A DNA stretch of 64,000 bases, from contig OZ251236.1 in assembly GCA_965240325.2 (NCBI GenBank), positions 62,001 through 126,000 of the forward strand, given 5' to 3'. The stretch comes from Rebecca billardiae RCC1528. Its lineage: Eukaryota > Protista > Haptophyta. The translations under genes were made by a program, and so were the position numbers. Under the pieces are notes generated by a model that ran no database searches, had not been told where the DNA came from, and was given only the letters and a program-made list of their open reading frames with translations. Below are positions 54,234 through 64,000 of the stretch, one piece after another; position 1 is the first letter of the stretch; each line of letters begins with the position of its first letter.

Positions 54234-54317
<84 letters not shown>

Positions 54318-54378
54318 ACGACTCTCTCTCTCTCTCTGCTCTCTGCTCTCTCTGGCTCTCTCTCTCTCTCTCTCTCTC
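54220..54378. repeat. (CT)n microsatellite, imperfect
   Basis: Direct reading. Confidence 0.95.
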
Positions 54379-54886
54379 TAGTCCCTATTATATAATTATA
54401 TATATATATAATATCATCTACTTCATCTCAGTAGATATAAGATAGACGACGAGCCACATTTTTAAAAACTCATCATGAGTCATCCAGCCGAGCATCACAG
54501 CACTTGAGTGAGTGTCACCGCTGACCGCTGACCGTGTGCACAGGTCGCGGGCCGGCACCGCCGCCGGACCGCAGGCGACTGCTTATTATTATATTATAGA
54601 AGTTGAGGTCGTCAAGTGACGACCTCACCGACTACAGCTACTGCTGACGTACTGTCACTCGGACTCACCGCGGCTGAGCCGGCTGACCCGTGCGACTGCC
54701 GGAGCTGTCGTCCCGTTGGCTGCCACGCCGGACGGGCTCGGCCACTGGCACTGCGGACCGGGTGTGGCCCCCGCCGAGGGACTTGCCTTTATTACGATTT
54801 TCCGTATTCAGATCGACGGTCCAGGACGCGCGACTCGCCGGAGAGAGTAACGAGAGCCCGCAGCAGATTGTTACTACTGTACTGTG

Positions 54887-54938
54887 ATCTCGCCTGCCTG
54901 AGCTGTGTGCGTCTCTTATTCTTATAGTAAACTGTAGG
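54887..54938 (-). repeat. Dispersed intergenic repeat, copy 2
   Basis: 54887-54924 is the exact reverse complement of 63709-63746 (38 bp). Confidence 0.9.
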
Positions 54939-55021
54939 TATGACGACCCGCAGGACCGCGCCCCTCGCCGAAAGACACCGCCGCCGGCCACAAAACAGTA
55001 CTTAGGCGAGGGGAGGGCACG

Positions 55022-56194
55022 ATGGCGGCGAGCCTCCGACACGGTGACACCCATCCCCGTCCGCGCGTCACCAGAGGCCCTCTATGCTACCTGCTGCTTG
55101 GCTTGGTCATCGGTGGGACCTTTGTCCACCTGCAGAGCATCATCCAGCTCGATCGCGTCCGCAACATCGACCCCCGAAATGATGATGGTAGTAGTAGCAT
55201 CATCATGGAAGACATGATGGTGCGCCCGCTCAGTTACTCTCACGCGCTCGCGCTCGGTCCGAGCCAGAAGACGATCCTCCTGGACTTGGTGCAGTGGCTG
55301 CTGCTCAATGGTGCCACGATGCCCCTGCTCCGCCGCTCGCGTTTCACGATGATCGCAAAAGGCCCGGCTCGGGTGCGTGGTCTTGTCGCGGTCGAGCCGA
55401 TTCGCGCGCCCATCCTCGTGGCGCGAATCCCGGAGCGCGTGCTGCTCAGCCGGGAGTCGCTGCTGCAGACGCCACTGCGCGCGGAGGTCATGCGCGCGCG
55501 CATGGGGCCCTTCGTCGGCCTGGTCCTCGCTATCCTCTACCACACGAAGCAGGCGGCAGACGCGCCGCACACAGCACCCTGGGGGCCGTACATGCGCTTC
55601 CTCTCGACGGTGTCGCTCGAGATGCCCACATCGTGGCCGCCCGAGCGCGTCGAGAAGTCGACGCCAGTGCTGCAGGCGCTCATCAAGCTGAGCCTCCAGG
55701 TGCAGGAGTCGACATACAACGCGCTGCGCCTGAGTACGCCCAACGCGCTCGCGCTGTGCGGCAGCCCGTCGTTCGAGGAGTTCCGACGCGCGTGGGACTT
55801 GGCCACATCGCGCTGCTGGGAGTCGCGCGACCGCATCTACATCGCGCCGTACGCCGACATGCTGAACTACGGCGAGAAGAATTCGACTGGACGGATGGTG
55901 GCGCGCGATGCTGCCGGCAGGGTGGTCCTCCACGCGAATGCGCCGAATGCGATCTTTGCGTCGCGAGCGTACGAGCTCTACCTGCTGCACAACTACTCGA
56001 AGGGGGAGGAGATCGTGTGGAAGTACGGCACGCACTGCGCGGAGGAATTTGAGGTGTACTACGGCTTCGCGCAACCGGGCGCGTCGCCGTGCACGGCGTA
56101 TGCAGCGACGAAGAACTTTTGGCGCATGCACCGCAACCTGCTGAACCCGCCGCCCACGCGGGAAGCCGGCGCCAGCCGAGCTCGGCGGCGGTAG
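55022..56194 (+). CDS. SET-domain protein (Rubisco LSMT/SETD3-like) with N-terminal membrane anchor
   Basis: RGLVAVEPI...RIPERVLLS, WGPYMRFL, P..W, AWDLATSR, IAPYADMLNY, KGEEIVWKYG, YYGF. TM LCYLLLGLVIGGTFV. Confidence 0.75.
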   Translation: MAASLRHGDTHPRPRVTRGPLCYLLLGLVIGGTFVHLQSIIQLDRVRNIDPRNDDGSSSIIMEDMMVRPLSYSHALALGPSQKTILLDLVQWLLLNGATMPLLRRSRFTMIAKGPARVRGLVAVEPIRAPILVARIPERVLLSRESLLQTPLRAEVMRARMGPFVGLVLAILYHTKQAADAPHTAPWGPYMRFLSTVSLEMPTSWPPERVEKSTPVLQALIKLSLQVQESTYNALRLSTPNALALCGSPSFEEFRRAWDLATSRCWESRDRIYIAPYADMLNYGEKNSTGRMVARDAAGRVVLHANAPNAIFASRAYELYLLHNYSKGEEIVWKYGTHCAEEFEVYYGFAQPGASPCTAYAATKNFWRMHRNLLNPPPTREAGASRARRR

Positions 56195-56565
56195 TTATTC
56201 CCGGAGTATCGGAGCGCGCGTATGATAGCAGCGCACCGCTCTGCCAAGTCCAGCCCCGGCGCTGCTGGGATGAGCCTAGGAACTATATATATATATATAC
56301 ATAAGGAAGACGTCGACTGCGTCGTCGTTGACGCGACCGCCAGCAGCTCATCACCGCGGCCAGTCACTAGAGCGCCGAAAAAAACTCGCGCGCGCAGCGC
56401 GTAGTGTTACCGCGGCCGGTATGAGCATCAGTCTTTTACGATGCCAGTATAGTAGTAGTGTACAATCCATTGTTCAAAGGATCAGTGCCGACAGTGCGCA
56501 TTGTTCCGGAGACGTCTGTCGTTCAGTGCTCTTTGTCTCATCGTCCGGAGCAGCAGTGGCCAGCG

Positions 56566-58038
56566 ATGGCGCCGCCAACCGTGCGCATCGCGGGCGGCGG
56601 CCCGGCGGGCCTGCTGCTCGCGCTGCAGCTCGGCAGCCTCTCGCCGCGGCCGTTCGACGTGGTCGTGCACGAGCGCGCCGCCGCACTCGACGCGTGGTCC
56701 TCGCGCTCCTACTCCATCGCGCTCAAGGAGAAGGGCGTGCGCGCGCTCGAGGCGGCAGGCGTGCTCGAGGCGGTGACGGCGGTCGCGCACGAGCGGCGGC
56801 GCGTGGTGGTGCACCCCGAGGGCGAGCCCTCGGTAGAGCAGGCGCTGCCCGGGCTGGTCGTCTCGCGCCCCGCGCTCGTCGCGTGCCTCGCGCGCGAGCT
56901 GCGCGCGCGCGGCGCCGGCTCGCTCGAGCTGGGCTGCGGTGTCGATCGCGTCGTCCCACCGCCGGGCGGCGGCGCGGGCGGCGGCGCGGAGGCGGGCGAC
57001 GTGCGGCTGGAGCTGTCGGACGGGCGCGTGGTCGCGTGCTCGCACGTCGTCGGGTGCGACGGCAAGTGGTCGCGCGTGCGCGACTCGCTCCCCGCGTGCT
57101 GGCTACCCACGTGGGTAGAGGAGGGCTCGTGGGGAGTGCTGTTCCAGCCGCCCGCGCTGCCAGATTGCAATCTCCCGGGCGGGTACAACTGCCGGGCGGA
57201 TGCCGATGCCATGCACATCTTCTACCCGCGCACGCCCGCGCTGCGCGAGTGCATGTACGGGCTGCTCGTGCCGATGGCGGGCGGCGCGTGCCACGCCACG
57301 CTCGTCTGCTTCGACGCGCTGCTCGAAGCGGGCGGCTGGCCACAGCTCGGACCGGCACCGGGCGGCGCGCGCGCGCGCGCGGCCGGCGGGGGCTGGCTGG
57401 ACGACGGCGATGGCACCGCACCGCTGGTGCCACCGGGCGGCGCGCGCGCGCGCGCGGCCGGCGGGGGCTGGCTGGACGACGGCGATGGCACCGCACCGCC
57501 GGTGCCACCGGGCGGCGCGGCGCGGCAGGGCGAGGAGCGCGCGTGGATGCGGCCGGACGCGGCCCGCGAGCGGCCTGCCCCGGACTCGGCCGGCCCGTGG
57601 CGCGAGGCCCTCTCCGCTCTCCTGGCCGAGGAGATGCCAGCGTTCGGCGCGGCCGTGCAGGACTCGGCGGTGGCGCTCGCGCGGCCGCGCGCGAGCTGGG
57701 TCGATCTTGGCAGCGGCAGCGAGTACAGCGCGCTGAGCGGCCGCGTGGCGCTGGTGGGCGACGCAGCGCACGCGATGACCGCGAGCCTCGGCGAGGGGTG
57801 CAACACCGCGCTGGAGAGCGCCGCCGAGCTCGGCCGCGCGGTGGCCGAGCAGCTCGCCGCCGCGGCCACGGCTTCCGGCGGTCCGGGACCGCCGCCGGGA
57901 GGGCGGCAGCCGCCGGACGGGGAGGCCGTGCGCGCGGCGCTGAGCAGCGCGTTCCGCGCGTACGGCGCGGCGCGCCCGGCAGCCGCGCGCGAGGTGCAGC
58001 ACCGCTCGGCGCAGGCGAGCACCAGGCAGAGGCGCTGA
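56566..58038 (+). CDS. FAD-dependent monooxygenase (kynurenine 3-monooxygenase-like)
   Basis: IAGGGPAGL, RSYSIAL...G, VVGCDG..S.VR, VALVGDAAHAM...GEGCNTALES. Confidence 0.85.
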   Translation: MAPPTVRIAGGGPAGLLLALQLGSLSPRPFDVVVHERAAALDAWSSRSYSIALKEKGVRALEAAGVLEAVTAVAHERRRVVVHPEGEPSVEQALPGLVVSRPALVACLARELRARGAGSLELGCGVDRVVPPPGGGAGGGAEAGDVRLELSDGRVVACSHVVGCDGKWSRVRDSLPACWLPTWVEEGSWGVLFQPPALPDCNLPGGYNCRADADAMHIFYPRTPALRECMYGLLVPMAGGACHATLVCFDALLEAGGWPQLGPAPGGARARAAGGGWLDDGDGTAPLVPPGGARARAAGGGWLDDGDGTAPPVPPGGAARQGEERAWMRPDAARERPAPDSAGPWREALSALLAEEMPAFGAAVQDSAVALARPRASWVDLGSGSEYSALSGRVALVGDAAHAMTASLGEGCNTALESAAELGRAVAEQLAAAATASGGPGPPPGGRQPPDGEAVRAALSSAFRAYGAARPAAAREVQHRSAQASTRQRR

Positions 58039-58699
58039 TGAAGACGACGAGCGTGTATATCTGTATGGCGGGCCGACGATGTATTCGCTTCGCTGCTTCG
58101 CACAGCCGCGCCCCCGTCAATTGACCCCCGGCTCGGATCCCGCGCGGCTCAGCCGAGCTGCAGCGCGAGCAGGCAGCGCCCGAGTCGTCCGCGCTACATC
58201 ATCGTCATATATCAATTATCATCGACAGCAATCCGTGATGCGTGTGATCCGTCGCGTGTGTACTGCTGTGTTCCGTAATCGCGGAGAGTAGCTATAGGGC
58301 GGCGCGCGCAGCGATGATACATCATCGCGCGCGCGTCATCAGCAGCAATAATAATTATATTATTATATATATATTCGTCCGGCTGCTAATCCGCGTCGTC
58401 GTAATTAGCTTATTAGCTTATCCGCTTATCGCGAGTCCGGTGAGTAAGTCACCGTCACGCGGAGTGGCCGCATCGGATGCGGTCCGCCACGCGCAGTCGT
58501 CGCCATCCGCGACTATACACGCCTCCAGCATCGTCATGACGCCAGCAGTGACGACGCCAGTCGTCCGACGCGGATGCCCACAGTTACTGGCGGGCCACAG
58601 TTACAGTAGTGCGTAGGCTCTGAGGCAGCCGCATTAAGCTCGGACTGCTCGTCGTCTGACGTAGCAGTCGTCAATGCGCACGACCCTGTGCTGGTATTA

Positions 58700-59211
58700 T
58701 CACCGGCGCGGCTCGTCCGACGGCGGCGGTGCCCCGCCCTGCTCGCCCACGAGGCTCCGCCGCTTCTCCTCGAACTTGCGCGCCGCCTCCTCGAGGCAGT
58801 GCCGGCCGACCAGCAGCCGCTGCATCACCTCCGCGGAGTCGGTCACGTGGCGCGCCGCCTCGAACTCGGAGCGCGCGCTCTCGACGAGGACGTCGCGCCT
58901 GTATGTGTGTGTGCGCGCGCACGCACGGGCCGGGCGCCCTGAGCCGCAGGGCGCGGAGCGCATGCCAGGCGCGCACGCGCGTCGCAGCTCGCTCGCATCC
59001 GCTGCCCAGCGGGTGCGCGCACCACGGTCGTCCTTGCTCGTTCGGCCACTGGAAATTGCGCGCGGCGCGCACGATGTCGCGGTACAGCTGCAAGGCCTCC
59101 TGCGGGCACGCGTACGTGCAGCGGGCGTGCCGCCGCGGCGCGTGAGGCTGAGCGCGTCGCTTCGCCACGCGGTGCTCGTACCTTTCGCAGGTGGCCTGGT
59201 GGAGCCGCCAT
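58700..59211 (-). CDS. LYR-motif (Complex1_LYR) protein, 3 exons
   Basis: MAAPPGHLRK|EALQLYRDIVRAARNF.W...PW|RDVLVESARSEFEAAR...LLVGR. Phase-0 GT-AG intron 59181-59100. Confidence 0.8.
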
Positions 59212-60209
59212 TTGATCCTGCGCACCCTGGACCTGCGCACGCCGTTTGTCGTCGGTCCGAGGATGGGGGCGAGTGCACAGCCGAGTACCCCGACGAACCA
59301 GCCGTGCTCCACCTACCAGAGCGCGCCATGCCCATGTGGAGCTTGATCTGCGCGTGCAAACAGTCAAAGACGGTTGTTGGTGGCCCGGCACTCGCAATGG
59401 CACGTGCCACTGCCAGTTGGGCGGGCACCCGACCCCGTCGGCCGTCAGGCGTGCGAATCGGGAGCGTCGAATCATGGCGCGCGCGGAGTAGGGTAGCCGC
59501 CGGGTTCGGGCGGAAGTGTCAGCTGAAGACTTTTTACGCTGATGTTAGGGCGTTCAGGTGGTCGTGCAGACTCTCGCGCGCCACCGCTCACCCTACCGGC
59601 GCGTCTAGCGTCATTCAGATGAGTGCGAGACTCCGCGGTCTGATCGGCGTGGATGTCATATTGTCGCGAGCTGAGCGAAATTCCTGACGCGCAGCTGCGT
59701 ACCTTGGAAGGCGCAACCACCAGCGTCAGTTGCAACCCCATCGTGCCTTGGAGGCAGCGAGAGGGGCGGCGGACGGTAGGCTGCATGCCGATCCGTCGCC
59801 ATTCCTGCCACTGCCGCTGCTGCGCGGAATCCTGACGGTTACGTGCCTGTACGGTATCAGAGGGGGACGTAACGGAACTTGACGAAGCAGTTTTCGTAGT
59901 CACTTTTCGAAAGGCACCTGCTAGGACTGACGACGTCTCTCAGGGTCGCAGCCCGCAGGTCGTATCATAAGTACTCGTCGGCTGCATCATGATTGTATCA
60001 TTTCATTATGATAGTTGTGATGATACAAATACAGTGACGGTATGACAGTACTGTTAAGACCAGGCTCTCCCGTGCGTGCATCTCGACAGATCCCCTCGAG
60101 TGCTGACCAGCAATCGCGCGAGTTTTCGGAGCGACGCGCGCGAGCCGCGAGGCGTAACAAGCAGCCCCCCTCCCTCCCCCACGCCCGGCGCACGCCGCCG
60201 CGGGGCGCG

Positions 60210-61755
60210 ATGGGCGGCGGCGGGCCGATCGCGCGGAGGGCCACGCCGATGACCGAGCTGGTGAGCGAGACGGACACCGAGCACGCCGCCCTCCTGCTGC
60301 AGCAGGCGCACGAGGCCTCCGCCTTCCTCCAGGAGATGACGGCGGGCGACCTCGACCAGCTGGCGCGCACGCTCACCGTCGTCGAGTATCAGCCGGGCGA
60401 GACGATCATGCGCGCGGGCGAGCAGGCGACGTGGTCGGGGATCCTGCTCACGGGCGAGCTCGTCGCCGCGGGCTACGACGGCGCCGTGCTCAACACGCTC
60501 CACGCCGGCGCGATGATTGGCGAGGTCGCTCTGTTTGTGGACGGCGGCGAGCGCACCGCGTTCATGCGTGCGCAGACGGGCGGGTACGTGGCGTGCGTGC
60601 AGCTGCACGACATGCAGCACATGTTCGCCGAGGCGCCGCGCACCGCCGTCCGGCTGATGCGCGCCTTCTCCGCCTCCGCCGTCTCCAAGACCGCCGCGGC
60701 GCGCGCGGCGCAGCTCGAGTCGGCTCGCCGATTAGACTGGAAGCCCTATAGCTCGATCCAGCGCGACCTGGTGGACGGGCACCTGGCGATCCTGCGCGGC
60801 GGGAGCTTCGCGCGGGAGTACGGCCTGCTGCCCGAGCAGCTCGACACGCTGCTCGCCGCGTGCACCTTCGCCAGCTTCGCCAAGGGCGAGACGCTGATCC
60901 ACCGCGGCCAGCGCGCGCCCGCGGTAGCCATTGTTCTAAGTGGGTACGCCGAGTGCCTGCTGCATGCGGAGCAGGTGAAGCGGTATCAGCACGGCTCGCT
61001 GCTGTGGGCGAAGCACTGGCTGGACGAGCACCACACCGCGCGCGCCGACCTCATCGCCACCGAGTCCGGCACCCTCGCCGGAATCGCGTTCGACGCGCTC
61101 GACGCGCTGTGCGCGCGAGATATCGATCTCGGGCTGCGGCTGGCGCGCGCGCTCGGCCGCGTGGCGATCGAGTCGGTGTCGGGGCCGAAGGAGGCGGAGA
61201 AGCTGGGCGAGGCGGTGCGCCGCGCGGGCACGGGGGCCGCCTCCGCCGACGCCGCCGCGCCCGACGCCGCGGAGACCTTCCTGCGCAAGCACGCCGAGCA
61301 GCAGAGCGAGCGGGACACGGCAACCGTTCGCGCAAAGTCCAAGGCGGCCGCGGACGCGGAGAAGGCGCGGGCGCGCTCGAGCGCGCTGGTGATGCGCAAG
61401 CTGCAGCGGGAGAACGGCGAGCTGCGCGCGAGGGTGACCGAGCTCGAGGCGGAGCAGCTCACCGAGAAGGCCAAGAAGAAGAACAGGAAGCCCGACGACC
61501 CCGGCGCCACCGGCGCGTCGTCCGCGTCCGCGGCCGCGTCGGCCGGCCGGCCGCGCCGAGACCAGCAGCCGCTGCGGCGGACGGTGGAGGAGCAGCGCGC
61601 GCAGATCGACGCGCTGGTGGCGCGCGAGGCGGAGCTGGTGGCGGAGCTCGAGCGGCTCGAGCGCGTCGACGAGGCGCCCGCCGCGCCGCCCAAGCCGCCC
61701 TCGCCCGTCAAGCTGCCCTCGCCGCTCAAGCGCGCGCCGCCCGGCTCGCCTGAGC

Positions 61756-61816
<61 letters not shown>

Positions 61817-63530
61817 AGGGTTCCATCGCGGCGGCGTGCGCTTCGCGGGCGAGGGGGCGGAGGAGGAGGAGGACGTGAGCAAGCTGAGCACGCCCGAGCT
61901 GCGCTCGCGCGGGCTGCGCGCGCGCTCGCACTCGCACGCCGCGGGCGTCATCGCCCGGCTCGAAGCGAATGTGCATGAACTCCGAGCGGCGCACTCGGCG
62001 ACGGTGGCGGCGCTGGACGGCGCGCGGCGCGAGCTGGCGACCATCAGTCGAGGCGCGGTGTCGGCGGAGGCGCACGCGGCGGTGGGGAAGGAGAAGGCGC
62101 AGCTCGCGGCGGTGCTCGGCGTGCGCGAGGCCGAGCTCTCCCGCGCGCGCTCCGACGCCGAGCTCGCGCGCGCCGCCATGCTGGCCGGCTTCGCCGAGGC
62201 GCGCGTGGCGCAGGCGTGCCTCGGCGCGGCGCTGGCGGAGGCGGAGGCGCGCGCGCACGCGGACGCGCGCACGCTGCGGCTGCAGCGGCTGGGCGCGAAG
62301 GCGCTGGGGATGGCGTACCTGCTCTCGCTCGCGCGCGCGCGGCGCGCCGCGCGCGACGCGCGCGACGCCGCCGAGAGCGCCTCCGTCGACCAGCGCCTCG
62401 CCGACGCGCAAGTCGGCGCGACGCTCGCCGCGGCCGACGCCGAGCGCGCGCGGCGCGCCGAGGCGGCGATGGCGGATGAGCTGAGCGCGGTGAGCGCGGA
62501 GCGCGCCGAGCTGGGCGCGAGCAACCGCGAGCTCGAGGCGGAGATCCGCGCGTACCGCATCCAGCTCAAGCGGCTCTCCGACCAGACCGCCACGCAGTCC
62601 GTCCGCCTCGGCACGCTCAACCGCAAGCTTGGGGGCGCGCGCGCGCAGCTCGAGGCCACGGCCTCGCGGCTGCAGCAGACGCGCGCCGAGACCAAATTGC
62701 ATGGCGCGCTCGAGGCGGCGGAGGCGAGGCTGGCGGAGGCGGAGACGAGCGGCGCGGGGCCGCTGTACGCGCCCTCCGCGCGCGCCGGCGCGGCCAGCGC
62801 CGGCCGCGCGCGCGGCGCATCCTTCGGCGCCACGGTGCGAGGGCTCTCGCCGCCGCCGCCGGGCGCGCACGCGCGCGGCGCGTCCGCGGGCGCGTCGCGC
62901 GCCGCGCCGCCGCCGGGCGGCCGCCCGGCGCTCGGCGGCTCGTCGCCGTCGGCGGCGCGGCCGGGCACGGCGATGGCGGCGATGGGCGGGGGCCGGGGCG
63001 AGCACCCCGGCGCGTCGCCGGGCGCGCGCCACGAGCCGCAGCCCGGGCCGTGGCAGTCTGCGGAGACATCCGCCGGCGACGGCGGGCTCGCGGCGATGGC
63101 GGGCGGCGCTGCCGGCGCGGGCGCGGGCGCGGGCGCGGGCGCGCGGCTGCGCGCCGGGACGGGGCCGGCCGCGGCGTACCACGCGCCGAGCTCGCCGCGC
63201 GGCGGGGCGACGCCGCTCTCGCCGACGACGGGCGCGGCGAGCGGCGCGCGCGCGCTCGCGCCGCTGCGTGCGCCGGCCGCCGCGGCGGGAGGCAGCGGCG
63301 CGATCGCAGGGCGGCGGCGCGGCAGCACAAGCGCGCCGGGCGGCGGCGCCGCCCTCGGCGCGGGCCCGGCGCCCGCGGCGCCGCTCGGCGCGTCGCAGCG
63401 GTACAGCGGCGGCGGCGCGGCCGGCGGGCCGGCGGCGGGCGCGGGCGGCGGCGGCGCGAGCCTCACTACCGCCGCCCGGCGGGCCGCCATGCCGCCCGCC
63501 CCGCCCGCGGCGGCGATCAACGCGTGGTAG
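60210..63530 (+). CDS. Protein with two cyclic-nucleotide-binding domains and a long coiled coil
   Basis: YQPGETIMRAGE...ILLTGEL...GAMIGEVALF..GERTA; FAKGETLIHRGQ...IVLSG. Heptad-rich C-terminal half. Confidence 0.8.
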
Positions 63531-63691
63531 TACGCGTAGCTGCGCTGCTACAGATCGCGACTACAGATCGATAGTATATGAGTACGGCGGTAGTCCGGGT
63601 GGGGCGGACTTGCCGGCCATCAGCAACTCGCGTCATCATCACGCATGCTAGCTGGCGACGACTCACTGACTGCTACGAGCAGACAGCAGGT

Positions 63692-63746
63692 CTACAGTTT
63701 ACTAAGTCTAAGAATAAGAGACGCACACAGCTCAGGCAGGCGAGAT
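63692..63746 (+). repeat. Dispersed intergenic repeat, copy 3
   Basis: CTACAGTTTACTAAGTCTAAGAATAAGAGACGCACACAGCTCAGGCAGGCGAGAT. Confidence 0.9.
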
Positions 63747-64000
63747 TGACGCCCGTTTTTTTTATATTTGTTGTTGAGCTGACGCAGCCTGGGGCGCGCA
63801 TCTCAGCAGATGGCGTCGCCGCTGGGACGTCAGGGCCGGCGCCGCACCAGGCGGGCCGGCGGCATCAGCTACGCAGTGGCTGGCTCTGGCGGCGCGCGCG
63901 CGCGGCGCGCGCGGCGGCAGGAGCGCGAGCGCAGCAGCGCTGGCGCGGAGCGACGTGGACGCGGAGCGCGGACGCGGCAGCGCGGACGCGGAGCGACACG

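Noticed and set aside
54090-54445. Leu/Ser-rich ORFs
   Set aside because: Translation of the (CT)n microsatellite.
54905-54925. Nextera/Tn5 adapter contamination (GTCTCTTAT)
   Set aside because: Only a short core matches the mosaic end, and the three copies share long non-adapter flanks with natural-looking divergence.
59925-59990. Hammerhead ribozyme core (CTGACGA)
   Set aside because: No properly placed GAAA or supporting stems.
63810-64000. Possible gene start at the window edge
   Set aside because: Short, low-complexity and truncated, with no recognisable motif.

Overview
Eukaryotic, extremely GC-rich, gene-dense nuclear DNA with short GC-rich GT-AG introns. It is most likely a haptophyte alga of the Pavlovales: the front-end desaturase closely resembles the Pavlova/Rebecca delta-4 desaturases as I recall them. 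The window holds about 20 host genes, including a type-II peroxiredoxin, ankyrin, twin-FYVE, TPR, NADPH oxidase, RluA pseudouridine synthase, RCC1-repeat, EF-hand, catalase-peroxidase, delta-4 desaturase, SET, FAD monooxygenase, LYR and cNMP-binding proteins. It also holds one apparently intact ~9 kb non-LTR retrotransposon. Highlights: (1) the LINE ORF2 carries APE-RT-RNase H-CCHC plus a C-terminal OTU-like cysteine protease, followed by a 26-G tract and a 20 x 25-bp array; (2) the peroxiredoxin has UGA at its peroxidatic Cys position and a textbook type-II SECIS, so it is a selenoprotein that the ORF track splits in two; (3) the NADPH oxidase is fused to a GYF_2 domain and a p22phox-like membrane module; (4) a Cbf5/dyskerin PUA domain is detached and joined to a transmembrane anchor; (5) there are intronic telomere-like repeats and two short dispersed intergenic repeat families. 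Most other ORFs in the track are GC-driven shadow frames. All family assignments come from motif recognition by eye; no searches were run.
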